From: Tubulanus polymorphus
Taxonomy: Eukaryota; Animalia; Nemertea
Length of the DNA stretch: 64,000 bases
Direction: 5' to 3'
Assembly (NCBI RefSeq): GCF_964204645.1
Contig: NC_134029.1
Coordinates: 496,001-560,000 of the forward strand
Positions 52,802-64,000 of this stretch are shown here, piece by piece. The position numbers were made by a program, and so were the translations under genes. Position 1 is the first letter of the stretch; each line of letters starts with the position of its first letter. Under the pieces are notes generated by a model. The model did no database searches. It saw only the letters and a program-made list of their open reading frames with translations, and had not been told where the DNA came from.

Positions 52802-55800
52802 ATGGCCTTTTGTGTTCGAGTCATCGTGTTAGTAGGGGTTATCCTACTATGCTGCCACCTTGTGACAGCATGTACAGTTGTTGTCGGTGAGTAACTGTGA
52901 AAATATATAATTCTTATTTTGTTGCTGCATTGATATCTGATATCTTCAAATTGCCATCAAAAGACCAATAGCCCAAAGGTTGGTTAGTAGATATATCCAT
53001 CGTTAAGAATGGTCTTTTGATTATCAACTATCCACTGATTACCTCTATCGAACCTGTTAAGCAATTGATCCCGTTATCCTGGTACTAAATTCTTCTTAGG
53101 AAAAATTCTACGTTTTTTGTTCATAGGAATTTATCAGTTAGACCATTATGATAATCTGTTGATAAGCACGCGGGAAGCGTTCCACGCGAAAGCGCAACAG
53201 ACGCGAATCGGTTTCGATATGTCGTTTAAATCTTTTCAAGTGAATTCAACGGCAAATTCGTATGAGGAAATGTTCAGACGTAAGTAACGATAAATTTTCA
53301 AACTAAACGGAAACAAAACAAGTTTGTTACGGATTGTTTAAAGGGGAAAGTAAAATGTGTTGCGTAATTTTTCACAGCCCTTTAGATGTTTTTCAGAAAT
53401 AACGGGCCGAAATAACTTATCCATGAGTGAACCTTCAATTCATGCGACATGTCATTCATCGCTTTGAATATTTCACTGTAGTATTGGTATTTTGTTTCTC
53501 AGTTCGTGGTGAGTTCATAGTCAGCGGTGTTACAGTCGTTATTGGACCCTACAACTCGTATCTAGATGGTGCCGCCAGTCATCTCAATATTCCATATATA
53601 GTCACAGATAGCGTGCCTATACAGGCGGAGGGATACGACAATACTATAGTGGCGCTACTTCCATCTCAGAAGCATATGGTACATATGGCTTATGACGTAT
53701 CACACAAATATCACTGGAGTAATATAGCTATTCTTTACGAGCATCCGATTGGTAAGAGCCTTTTCTGTACATTGAATACTGCACAGGCCCATCTTTACAT
53801 CTTTACGTTACGCTAATTAGACAAATCTAATTTGCATAAAAGTCTCTAGTGCAAAGAAGTTGTCGGTTAGATTTAAAATTAGATCGTCTGCTCAATTCTG
53901 TTCAGGGATTCATGAAATCATGAGCATTTCATTATTTATTGTTTTAGGCGTTCCGTTTATTGAGAAATTCGTACAATATACAACAATGCGCGTTTACACG
54001 TGGAAGATGCGTGGCTCCATCTCACGACAAGAATTGAAACGAGATCTGATGGAGCTGCGCACGGAGACGGTCCGTCATATTCTCGTGGCCTGTAGCGTTA
54101 ACCTTACTGAACGCATCTTCCAAGAGGTGATTCAAACTTCATTACGATTAATTAGAGGGCTTATACTGTAAATCTGTTTGATCATATACTGATGAATTGG
54201 ACTGACGTCGCTGGGTCACAGTTGACGGTCATTTGACGTCCAAGATGACGTAGGTCACCTACTGGCGAATAGTGCATCCAATCTAATGAAAACAGAACAC
54301 TTTGCATACCAAATATTTTGAAAAAAATGAATGAAAAATCTAAAATCTTTACATATGTCAATTACAACGCGGGAGGGCGTCCTGGGTGTTGTATCAATGT
54401 GGCTGTTACGTTTTGCTCTTCGGAGAAAAACCGTTTATTCAAAGTGTGAAAATAATGATAATGTTTGGTATTTTAATTCAGGCTCTGAAATTGAGTATGT
54501 TATCCGAGAATTTCCAGTGGTTAATTCCATCAGTAGTGAGTAAATATACGAAATTCCCGCACACTAAAAATAAAATCCGAAATGTTTCCTCGAATAAGCT
54601 GTAATTTATCAGAGTTTCGAATATCTCTTAATACATCATCAGGATTATAGTGTGAAGTATTCCTGAAAATGGCCATTAGGATGTAGGTCAAATATTGAAT
54701 GAATTATTTGCTCGAGGAAACATTTCGTTCTTTTTATTCTTATTGTGCAGGGATTTTCTTTAACCGTCTCAACGCAGTCTCAGAGTGTTTCATTAATGGT
54801 TAAAAAGCTCTTTCAATTTTCAGGACCCACACCACATCGATACGCGGCCATTTGAATACACGGGTGTGAACTTCACAATCGGGCAAATCACCGATGAGAA
54901 GGATTACCAGGCTAAATACAACGCCACCTATATGTTGAAAGCGGCTGCGCAAGATGCAGTTACCATAGTAACCCATGCGACATCTAACTCATTGATACGT
55001 AGTGATACATGCCCGCGGCGTGGCAAGGCATTTTATCGCGAACTCATCGCCGTAAGAAATAGTTCCCAAGTCGATCTTGTCATAAAGTAATGAATAAAGT
55101 AAGATTGTATTGGATTTTGTTTTACAGTTTAGAGGAGTCGGGTCATTGGGACGGTATGAATTCGATAAGGATGGATTACGAACAGACTATACCGTTACAT
55201 TGGATGGACTCACTGATAAGGGACTAAAAAAGGTTTGAATTCTATTTGTAGTGGGTTTAGTGGATTTTTTTAAGGGAAAAGCCAAGAAATATTAAAATGG
55301 TATTTGTTTTTGTAGATAGGTTCGTGGAAACGTGTGAAACAGAATTCGATAGATTTACACCGAGCTATGCTTCAATCTGGACCCAACATTCCATCGAATT
55401 CATATCCACTCGGTAAAGAGACGGTCAGAGCTGTGACGATCATCGTAAGTGCCCCTCGAACCGATCAGATTCACACTCCATTCCTAACAGACTCGTAACA
55501 TAGATATTTCAATTTCACTTCAGGAGCCGCCATTTGTCGATTTCGTTCCCGGATATGAAAATCTGACCGGAAATGCCCGTTTCCAGGGTTATTCTATCGA
55601 TTTATTGAACGAAATTGCGAAACTGTTAAATTTCAAGTATGAGTTGTACTTAGTCGAAGATGGTCAATTCGGCATTAAAACAGCGAGCGGTGAATGGAAC
55701 GGAATCGTTGGCGAATTATTGAAAGGGGTAACAAATAGTATTATATATTTCAATAATCTGCGCGTTCGGTCGAGTATCAGTTGAAATGTTTTCATTTAAA

Positions 55801-57674
55801 GCAAGAGTCAAGAATTGTGAACCTAATATTGATAAATTTGCCAATATTTATCAAAGACTTGCCTTCGATTGAATTAACACAAGCAAACTGTCAGACTAAA
55901 ACTAAGACTAATTAACGATGTTTACATTTTTTAGGTTTAACTGAACAACTGTTTAATTCAGCACATTTTTCTATTTTTGTTTGAACGGCTGAGATGTCAA
56001 TTTCTAGTTCAGAAAATTTTATCAAAGTATCAATTTTTTTCTTCATAGCTTCACAGCTGTTTAATTCGGCATATTTCCCCTCGAATCGTTTCTACATTTT
56101 TGTTTGAATTGCTTAGACGTAAATGTTAAAAAGAAAAGTTGAACATCTTTCCAATGTTTATTTGTTTCTATTTTCAGAACGCGTCTCTGGCCGGGGCTCC
56201 GTTAACTATCAACGTACAGCGAGAAGAAGTTATCGATTTTTCCAAACCATTTAAAACAATCGGAATCAGCATCCTTATCAAACGACCGCAAGACAACGTA
56301 TCATACTTTCAATTCATGCTTCCGTTATCCGTCAACGTTTGGATGTTGATAATCATAGCGTTAGCGTTCGTCAGCGTTATAATGGTTGTCATAGATACGA
56401 TTTATCCGGCTACTGATGGCTCCGTCAGGTTCAATATTAAAGAAAGTTTATGGTTCAATTACGGCGCTTTGGTTCAAGCCGGAACTGAGAATCTACCGCG
56501 AACTATTTCAGGGCGGATGCTGGCGAGCACGTGGTGGTTTTTCTCGCTGATCATTATATCGTCTTATACGGCGAATCTTGCGGCTTTCTTAACCGTGAGT
56601 AAATTCAACACTCCGATCAGTTCTGTAGCCGACCTAGCCGCGCAGACCGAAGTTAAATACGGCACCGTTTGGAACAGTCAAGTTATGTCGTTTTTTGAGA
56701 ACAGTAAAATTGAACATTTCAAACGCATGTGGGCCTACATGTCGACAACGAACCCTCAATCGATGGCGATGACGTCACAGGAAGCGTTCGAGAAAGTGGC
56801 GAACTCTAGCGGCGATTACGCGTTTCTCTGGGATTCCCCAGTCGTGAAATATAAAACCACCCAAGACTGTAGAATGATAGAAGTAGGTCACGCGTTCGAT
56901 TCGAAAGGCTACGGTATAGGGGTACCTCCTGGTGCCCCCTATCGGGATTCGTTAACGATGGCTATACTGCATCTCAACGAGAAGGGAGTTCTTCAAAGAC
57001 TCGATGAGAAGTAAGCACAATGCCTTAGAATTTCGTAGACTTCCGTTATGCAAATTAGCTAATTTGAATATTTGATTGACAGGTGGTGGCGTGATACGAA
57101 ATGTGCAGATGAGAATAACAAGTCGGCGACAACTCAACACACAGCTTTATCGTTGAATATGGTGGCTGGAGTTTTCTTCTTTTTACTCGGAGGAACTGCT
57201 TTATCCGTAGCCGTAGGAGTTATGGAATGGCTAATGAACCGTAGGCGAAAGGTATGAATCGCTCTTCTCCTCTTCCTTCCATCTCCCTATTAGACGGGAG
57301 TGGATTATAGTATATCTCATACGATAATGCTTGATGTACTTTGCACAGAGTGATGGTCGTTTCTTGTAACGAATACGAATATTTATTACACTCCAACCAT
57401 TCCCATGGTATATGGAGGAAAAACAGTATTTACAATTATTTACATAAACAGTAGATAACGTTATCAATGCATAAGCGCCTTCTGGCGGTCAAAGTCTGAA
57501 TCAGAATACTCGTTGAACCCGATTGTTGTATATTTTCAGCGCAATGATCCGAAAAATGAGATGAAGAGAATGAGTAGCACAACAAACCACGAAGAACCAG
57601 TTCTTCTTCGCGACCCGTTTACTGCCATTAAAAACCACGCAACGCTGAACGATAATAAAAATGTTCATATCTAA
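52802..57674 (+). CDS. Ionotropic glutamate receptor paralog 3 (delta/AKDF-like)
   Basis: Signal exon 52802-52886; ATD 53127-55444; S1 55524-55728; 56178-57010 (YGALVQAG, SYTANLAAF, YGTVWNSQV, FLWDS); M4 57083-57251; last exon 57540-57674. Probable 5' UTR exon ends at 51910. Confidence 0.9.
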
Positions 57675-58609
57675 AAACACCGAACTCTTCGGCATCACCG
57701 TGTTACACTGTGTCGCCATCTCTCGGTAGAATTTAACATTTTATGCATATTAATTCGTCATTGATTTTGTTTTTTCTTTTTATATTTTGTGCTATTTTAA
57801 TAGTCGATGAATAAATTCTTGTTTGTTTTAAAGAAAAAGAAGCAAATTGTTTAGTCGCCGTAATCGATCTTTAGATTCACTACAGTTTGGAAGACACTTG
57901 AAAATAGAATAAGAAAAATATAGAAAAAAATAATAATAAAACAAATAAGAAATTTATAGAATAAACGAATATTGAAATATTTCACTGATCTCGACCGATA
58001 TTTGTATTCACTGATTTTATCTCATTATTAAAATGATTAGGCACGAATTGCTGTTATATTGATTGACAGATAGCGGTTATTAAAGTCAAGTGGCAATAGA
58101 CACAAATATTAAGATATATATCAGTTCTATATCTAACTCATTCGTAAACGTATAATTTTGTTCTCGCTAGGAATATATCATCGATTTCACAAACAGTAAG
58201 ATAAGATTTAGAACCAATTTCTACTTAAGAGAATTGTAAGTATCTAATTCCGATGAAAATAATTTCCAAATAAAATAAATCGATTGATAGGTGTTTTATT
58301 TGAATTTGAATTGATATGCCGATCGTAGATAATTTCCCGATCATGGACGATTACATCATTGTGTCAGATCACACACAATCCAGCATGAGGCAAAATGCTC
58401 GCAACATTTTTTGCCAAAAAGTAATTCCTTGATCGATTTAAAATAAACTGAATTAATGAAGTGAGAATGAAAATAGATTTTGCTAGAGTTTGTATGAAAT
58501 CTTGTTCGTTTTACCATGGACTGCTAAAACGTTTTAGAGTCCATGGTTCTTCAGCCATTCTGATAACTAACCGCCAGTCTCAAACATTTCAAGACAACTC
58601 GTTGAATCA

Positions 58610-59342
58610 ATGTCACGACTGTTAAACATGATGCAGGTTGGTTTCAAACAGTGACTAATGACGTGTGCGTTATTTTTAGATGCAGTCATCCAGGTCAAAC
58701 GATCCTTATTCGTCGGTATCGAAAGTCAATCAACGAATACAACGAAACTTCGAACGAACGCAGCAATTACTCGAAACAAAACGACTCGAACGTGAACATA
58801 AACTAGCCAGACAACGAGAGATGTTCATTACTAAATACACGTGTCCTTTTCCTAATAGCGATCTGTGTAAATGTCCTATACACAACATTCCGAAAAGAAG
58901 AACGTATTCAAATCGATCCGTCGATGAACTCTCATCTGCCCGGAAGTTGGCGTATAAACTTCCGGTTGTGAATGGTATCAAAATGGCCGATGTTGACAGA
59001 AAATTTGAAAGCGGTCAAAACCGCAGCAGCAGCAGCATCAGCAGCAGCGAGAGGCTGAAAACACTGGACTTGCACGAGTCAAATTCATCCCTGCGTGATC
59101 TCAATGAGGGTTCTCAGAAACCGTCTACTGGTACCTCGACTGTCGTTAATATTCTGGGTCCATGTAGGCGGCGCTCTAGTAGCATGTACGTTCCTCATAT
59201 GTTTATCATGGAAGAAGAAAATGAAGATTTCTCCGATATTAAGAATGAAAAGATGGACATAGAAATTTATAACAAAACGAAGCCACGAAGAAGAAGATAT
59301 TCATTCGACGTAACGACAAGGCCTTTCAACAGTGAAATATAA
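58610..59342 (+). CDS. Uncharacterised ~220-229 aa basic/Ser-rich protein
   Basis: 220-codon ORF in AT-rich DNA, preceded by a TTTTTAG acceptor. Possible micro first exon 58610-58636. Coiled-coil-like segment and CP..C.CP.H cluster. Confidence 0.6.
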
Positions 59343-59886
59343 CAATTCAAGAAAAAACATAGAATTTATTGGAATTATCGGATTGATTTGAGAATCTGGT
59401 ATTCTGTAGTTAAAAAGATGATACAAATATATCTAAACCAATATCATGACCCACTAGGTTTTTTGGAAAACGAACTTTGTGTTATATTTTCAGTTTTTAT
59501 GTTTGATTCAGTAGATTTTATAATATATATTTCATCATGGGTTGAATACTTTGTATTCACAATTCTGAACTTCAATTCAGTTATATTCTATACAATATGC
59601 GTTTCAGAAAATCTGAATAAATTGTGTAATATGAGAAAATGTATCTTTGCTTTGTTCAAACAATGAATTTCGAGTAAAATTCGACTTCATTTAATGTATC
59701 CGTGAGTGCAATAGTTTTACCAACTAAAAGCAGTCAGTGCAAACAACATTGGTCGATTCTATATGTTGATTAGTTTAACAAACTCTCTGATGAATGCTGA
59801 ATAGCTGTCGCTATTAAGATGTCATTCATTACTAACCGTGTAGATATCGTTTGCCAGAATGTGACGAAACACTGATTGAATCAAAC

Positions 59887-60840
59887 ATGAATTCTACCAC
59901 TGAGAAACCCGCTCTCTACTTTAACTCTTCTGGTCTGATGTCACTGAATGAGAGATCTGTTGTCCACCGTACTGTGTTACTGGTCATTTTGACGACCCTG
60001 TTCTTGTTAGGAGCCTTCGGAAATTCAGCTACTTTCCTGATAATGATAAGTCGTAGATTCCGCAGTTTATCTTACGCTAACTATCTGATCGCTTTGTCAG
60101 TCAGTGATTTTGTGCTTTGTCTCAATTATTCATTTATACCTTTTTTACAGTTTGTTTTCTTGCATCTAAAAACCGGTCGTATTGTGATAAATTCACTTTT
60201 AAGTTGTCAAATCTACGAATTTGTCGTCGTTTCGATGAGTGGTTGTAGTTCGTGGTTAATAGTAGCGATAACTCTAGAACGTGTGGCAGTTGTTCTCTTC
60301 CCGTTCACATCTCGTTTGATATGTACACCGAGATTCACCCGGTTGGTCATTATGTTTATCTTCATAATCAACGCACTAGCATTAGGTGTTTACCAAGGAC
60401 AAGCAGTTAAATTTTCAGAAAAGTTTTCCGGATGTTACTACGAGATATTTGACCAATCGATATACTGGACAGTCTACGCTGTCTTTGCTTTACTTCTTCC
60501 TTTGACTTTTATTCTAACATCAAATTCTGTTATAGTTTTTCAGTTATCTAGAAGTTCGAAAATAGTTTCGTCCGATCAGAAAACTACAAAATCAAAACGT
60601 ACAACAAAAATGCTTGTAACAGTTTCACTCGCGTTTGCGATATTCTCAATTCCAAACTGTATGTTTGTATTCGTACCAATTCCCGCGCATCAAAAAGAGG
60701 TTGTATTAGACATTTTGAGTCAAATCGTAATGTGTAACAACTCAATTAATTTTTACATATATCTTTTACTGGGACGAGAAATTCGTGAATATTTTTGCAT
60801 GAAAATCTGCTGTAGAAATTCTCTTCCAGGACATGGCTGA
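59887..60840 (+). CDS. Intronless chemoreceptor-like GPCR, copy 5
   Basis: Paralog of the nested copies (MNST start, IMISRRFRSLSYANYLI, NFYIYLLLGREIRE). Confidence 0.92.
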   Translation: MNSTTEKPALYFNSSGLMSLNERSVVHRTVLLVILTTLFLLGAFGNSATFLIMISRRFRSLSYANYLIALSVSDFVLCLNYSFIPFLQFVFLHLKTGRIVINSLLSCQIYEFVVVSMSGCSSWLIVAITLERVAVVLFPFTSRLICTPRFTRLVIMFIFIINALALGVYQGQAVKFSEKFSGCYYEIFDQSIYWTVYAVFALLLPLTFILTSNSVIVFQLSRSSKIVSSDQKTTKSKRTTKMLVTVSLAFAIFSIPNCMFVFVPIPAHQKEVVLDILSQIVMCNNSINFYIYLLLGREIREYFCMKICCRNSLPGHG

Positions 60841-60909
60841 TGGAAGCGTTACATTTTTACACGTGATGGTGTAGCTGTTATACTAATTCTTTAACTCATA
60901 AGACTTCAT

Positions 60910-61663
60910 AACTATCTGATCGCTTTATCAGTGCATTGCAAATTATCAGACCTGGCTGCACAAGTTTTAGTTTAATGCCTGTTTTACAGTTTATTTCGTT
61001 ATAGATGATCCAATATACCTGATGGATTCACTCATAAGTTGCCAAATCTATGAATTTACATTGGGATGCGTATCGTCAAATGGTTCGTGGTTAATAGTAG
61101 CGATATCTCTAGAACGTGCGGCAGTTGTTCTCTTCCCGTTCACATCTCGTTTGATATGTACGCCGAAATTCGCTCGATTCACCATTGTAATCATTTTTGT
61201 AATGAATGCACTTGTAATAGGCATTCACCAAGCCGATATAATGGAGTTTTCTGATAGTTTTGGATGTTACTATGAAATGTTTAGTCAATTCGTACTTTTT
61301 GCCAAATATGTTGGCCATGTTTTTCTCATGCCTTTAACTGTAATTTTTACAACAAATTCTATGATAACTATTCAGATATTCAAAGGTTCAGAAATAGTTT
61401 CGTCCGATCAGAAAAGTACAAAAGCAAAACGTACAACAATAATGCTTGTAACAGTTTCACTCGCATTTGCAATGTTTACACTACCATCCACTATTTCTTC
61501 ATTTCGACCAGTGACCGCGAAACAGAGGGAATATCTTTTCGATATATTGAGTCAAATTTTATTGTGTAATTATGTTGTCAATTTTTACATTTATCTTTTA
61601 CTGGGACGAGAAATTCGTGAATATTTCTGCATGAAAATCTGTTTTAGAAATTCAATTATCTGA
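60910..61663 (+). pseudogene. 5'-truncated GPCR, copy 6
   Basis: TM3-TM7 intact (ORF 61022-61663). The upstream TM2 remnant is disrupted by indels and TM1 is absent. Confidence 0.8.
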
Positions 61664-61928
61664 CAATTGATTTCAATTTTGATTCTACAGTGAATTAGAC
61701 GAAACTTCAAAGAATATACATTTAACTAAGTTCACTTAATGAACACGGACAATGTCCAACTCCCTTTACTTGATGACCACCAGCGACCATTACAAGCCGA
61801 ATCAGAAAATAACAATAACTCCAGACGAAATATAGAATTTCAGACGGCATCTGTATGTAATATGGGCATTACGAGAGGTCCATATGATAATTAGTTTACA
61901 GGTGTCGGATCCGTCTGTCAATTGACTT

Positions 61929-62400
61929 GATGCTGGATAGAGGATGTACAATGGGGGTCCCGGGTTCGAACCCAGTAATTACTGATACTGATTCAGAGTG
62001 GTCCTGATGCTGAATAGAGGATGTACAGGGGTGTCCCGGGTTCGAGAACCAGTAATTACTGATGCTGATTCAGAGTGGTACTGATGCTGGATAGAGGATG
62101 TACAGGGGTGTCGCGGGTTCGAACCCAGTAATTACTGACACTGATTCAGAGCAGTCCTGATGCTGAATAGAGGATGTACAGGGGTGTCCCGGGTTCGAAC
62201 CCAGTTATTACTGATACTATTCAGAGCAGTCCTGATGCTGAATAGAGGATGTACATGGGGTGTCCCGGGTTCGAACTCAGTAATTACTGATACTGATTCA
62301 GAGTGGTACTGATGCTGAATGGAGGATAAACAAGGGTGTCCCGGGTTCGAACTCAATAATTACTGATACTGATTCTGAATGGTCATGATGCTGAATAGAA
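61929..62400. repeat. ~76-bp tandem repeat x6 containing a B-box-like GGTTCGAACCC
   Basis: Units start at 61929, 62006, 62083, 62159, 62234, 62311 and 62387. Confidence 0.92.
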
Positions 62401-62808
62401 GATATACAGAGTTATCGATTTATTGATTAAATTGTCGCATCTGTGCACCAGTTATAACAATGCAATTTTACAACCAGATTATTCAAAGTTATTTGTGTGC
62501 AGAATATGTCAATGTATATGTAACGCAGTTGAATTTCACTTTGCGTTCAACAATGAATAATTTCATATCTTACAAATGATGAACATATGTCATATATAAG
62601 ACTTCATTAGTATCTGTGAGGTTTTCTTTCACGTGTTTAAATTTACCAACCATATGAGCAAAAGATATAGTCAACGCAAACTGTCAGAAACCTGGATCAC
62701 TGGTCAATTATGTTGTTGAATAGATACAAACTCTATGATGTGAGACTTCATTACTTACCGTGTATATATCATTTGCCAGTATGCGACAAAACATTGATTG
62801 AACTAAAC

Positions 62809-62940
62809 ATGAATTCTACTCAGATGCAGATTACCACTCTCTACTTTAACTATACCGGTCTGATGTCATTGAATGAAAGATCTGTTGTCTACCGCACTGC
62901 GTTACTGGTCATTCTGTCTATCTTTTTCCTGTTAGGAAGG
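62809..62940 (+). pseudogene. 5' fragment of GPCR copy 7
   Basis: MNSTQMQITTLYFNYTGLMSLNERSVVYRTALLVILSIFFLLG, then abrupt loss of homology. The 5' flank resembles that of copy 5. Confidence 0.85.
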
Positions 62941-63545
62941 TCAAGACTATGAACGGAACTACGCTTCCTCCTCAGCTGATCTCGTTTCACACCCAAGTCA
63001 TAGAAGATATTCAATAGACCCGAATCGACTACACCACAGGAATTGAGAGAGTTAGCCCTGACAAATAATGACTAAAAACTAGAAAAATCACCACAATTTA
63101 TTTTGATCAATATGATTAATTTTATTGATCACGTGATCTTCACAATTTAGAACATTGGATGGTCTGTTCCCGTAACACAAGCACCTGTAAAATAGAAACA
63201 AATGAATCTGTAATCGAAAATACAATAGAAATTTATTAGACACCGAATATTGTTTAGTTACTGGCTGTACCTTCAGCTGTGCCCGTAAATCCACTAATAG
63301 CAGCCATTTTTAATTTTATAATTCGTTTATTCGTATCGAATATTACACGGAAATGTCCCATTCTGCTCATTATACCGTATTGACCAGTACTTAATCCATC
63401 TATCATCATTACTGGTGAATAAGGGCGTTCCCTGAATATTTCTCTCGGTTCAGCTGTTTCTATTAAATCAGACAGTGATATCCTCGATAAATGTCTCTGA
63501 TTCTAAAAATAAATACATATGCAATACTTAACCGAACGTGAATAA

Positions 63546-64000
63546 AGAGGGGCGGAGGAGAGGGGAGGGATGGAGGAGATGGGTGGCGCGGAGGAGAGGG
63601 ATGGAGGAGAGGGATGGATGAGAGGGGAGGAGGAGAGGGGAGGGATGGAGGAGATGGGCGGCGCGGAGGAGAGGGATGGAGGAGAGGGATGGATGAGAGG
63701 GGAGGAGGAGAGGGGAGGGGAAGGGCGGAGGAGAGGGGAGAGAGAGGGGCGGAGGAGAGGGGAGGGATGGAGGAGATGGGTGGCGCGGAGGAGAGGGATG
63801 GAGGAGAGGGATGGATGAGAGGGGAGGAGGAGAGGGGAGGGATGGAGGAGATGGGCGGCGCGGAGGAGAGGGATGGAGGAGAGGGATGGATGAGAGGGGA
63901 GGAGGAGAGGGGAGGGGAAGCGCGGAGGAGAGGGATGGAGGAGAGGGGAGAGAGAGGGATGGATGAGAGGGGAGGAGGAGAGGGGAGGGATGGAGGAGAT
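63546..64000. repeat. Purine-rich (GGA/GAGG) low-complexity compound repeat
   Basis: Almost pure G/A strand running off the window end. Confidence 0.95.

Noticed and set aside
24491-57674. IR25a/IR8a co-receptor or NMDA receptor assignment
   Set aside because: The pore lacks the TPQGGGE signature of IR25a/IR8a and the Asn site of NMDA subunits. No gene symbol is assigned without a phylogeny.
63570-63818. Glu/Gly/Arg-rich ORF
   Set aside because: Translation of a purine-rich low-complexity repeat.

Overview
Eukaryotic genomic DNA from an AT-rich invertebrate (most likely a spiralian/lophotrochozoan, inferred from its gene families), with short GT-AG introns. The window is packed with neuro/sensory membrane-protein genes: a membrane-anchored carboxylesterase/neuroligin-family gene (+), a FaNaC-like DEG/ENaC channel (-), an orphan intronless GPCR (+) and three tandem delta/AKDF-like ionotropic glutamate receptor (iGluR) paralogs (+). 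A family of intronless chemoreceptor-like GPCRs forms two oppositely oriented arrays. One array (4 intact genes plus a remnant) is nested antisense in a 7-kb intron of the second iGluR, and that iGluR has a degenerate pore and gate (AYTANLVSF). Eight tRNA genes (5 Ser, 3 Ile) are scattered, mostly in introns, and shared flanks support an anticodon switch between tRNA-Ser(CGA) and tRNA-Ser(AGA). Other non-coding features: Penelope-type minimal hammerhead ribozyme remnants (two in inverted-repeat structures), four clustered CTCF-like motifs, a tandem array built from an iGluR splice acceptor, a probable intron gain flanked by an 8-bp direct repeat, a tRNA-sized satellite, MITEs and minisatellites. 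Exon boundaries were read by eye and need RNA-seq confirmation.
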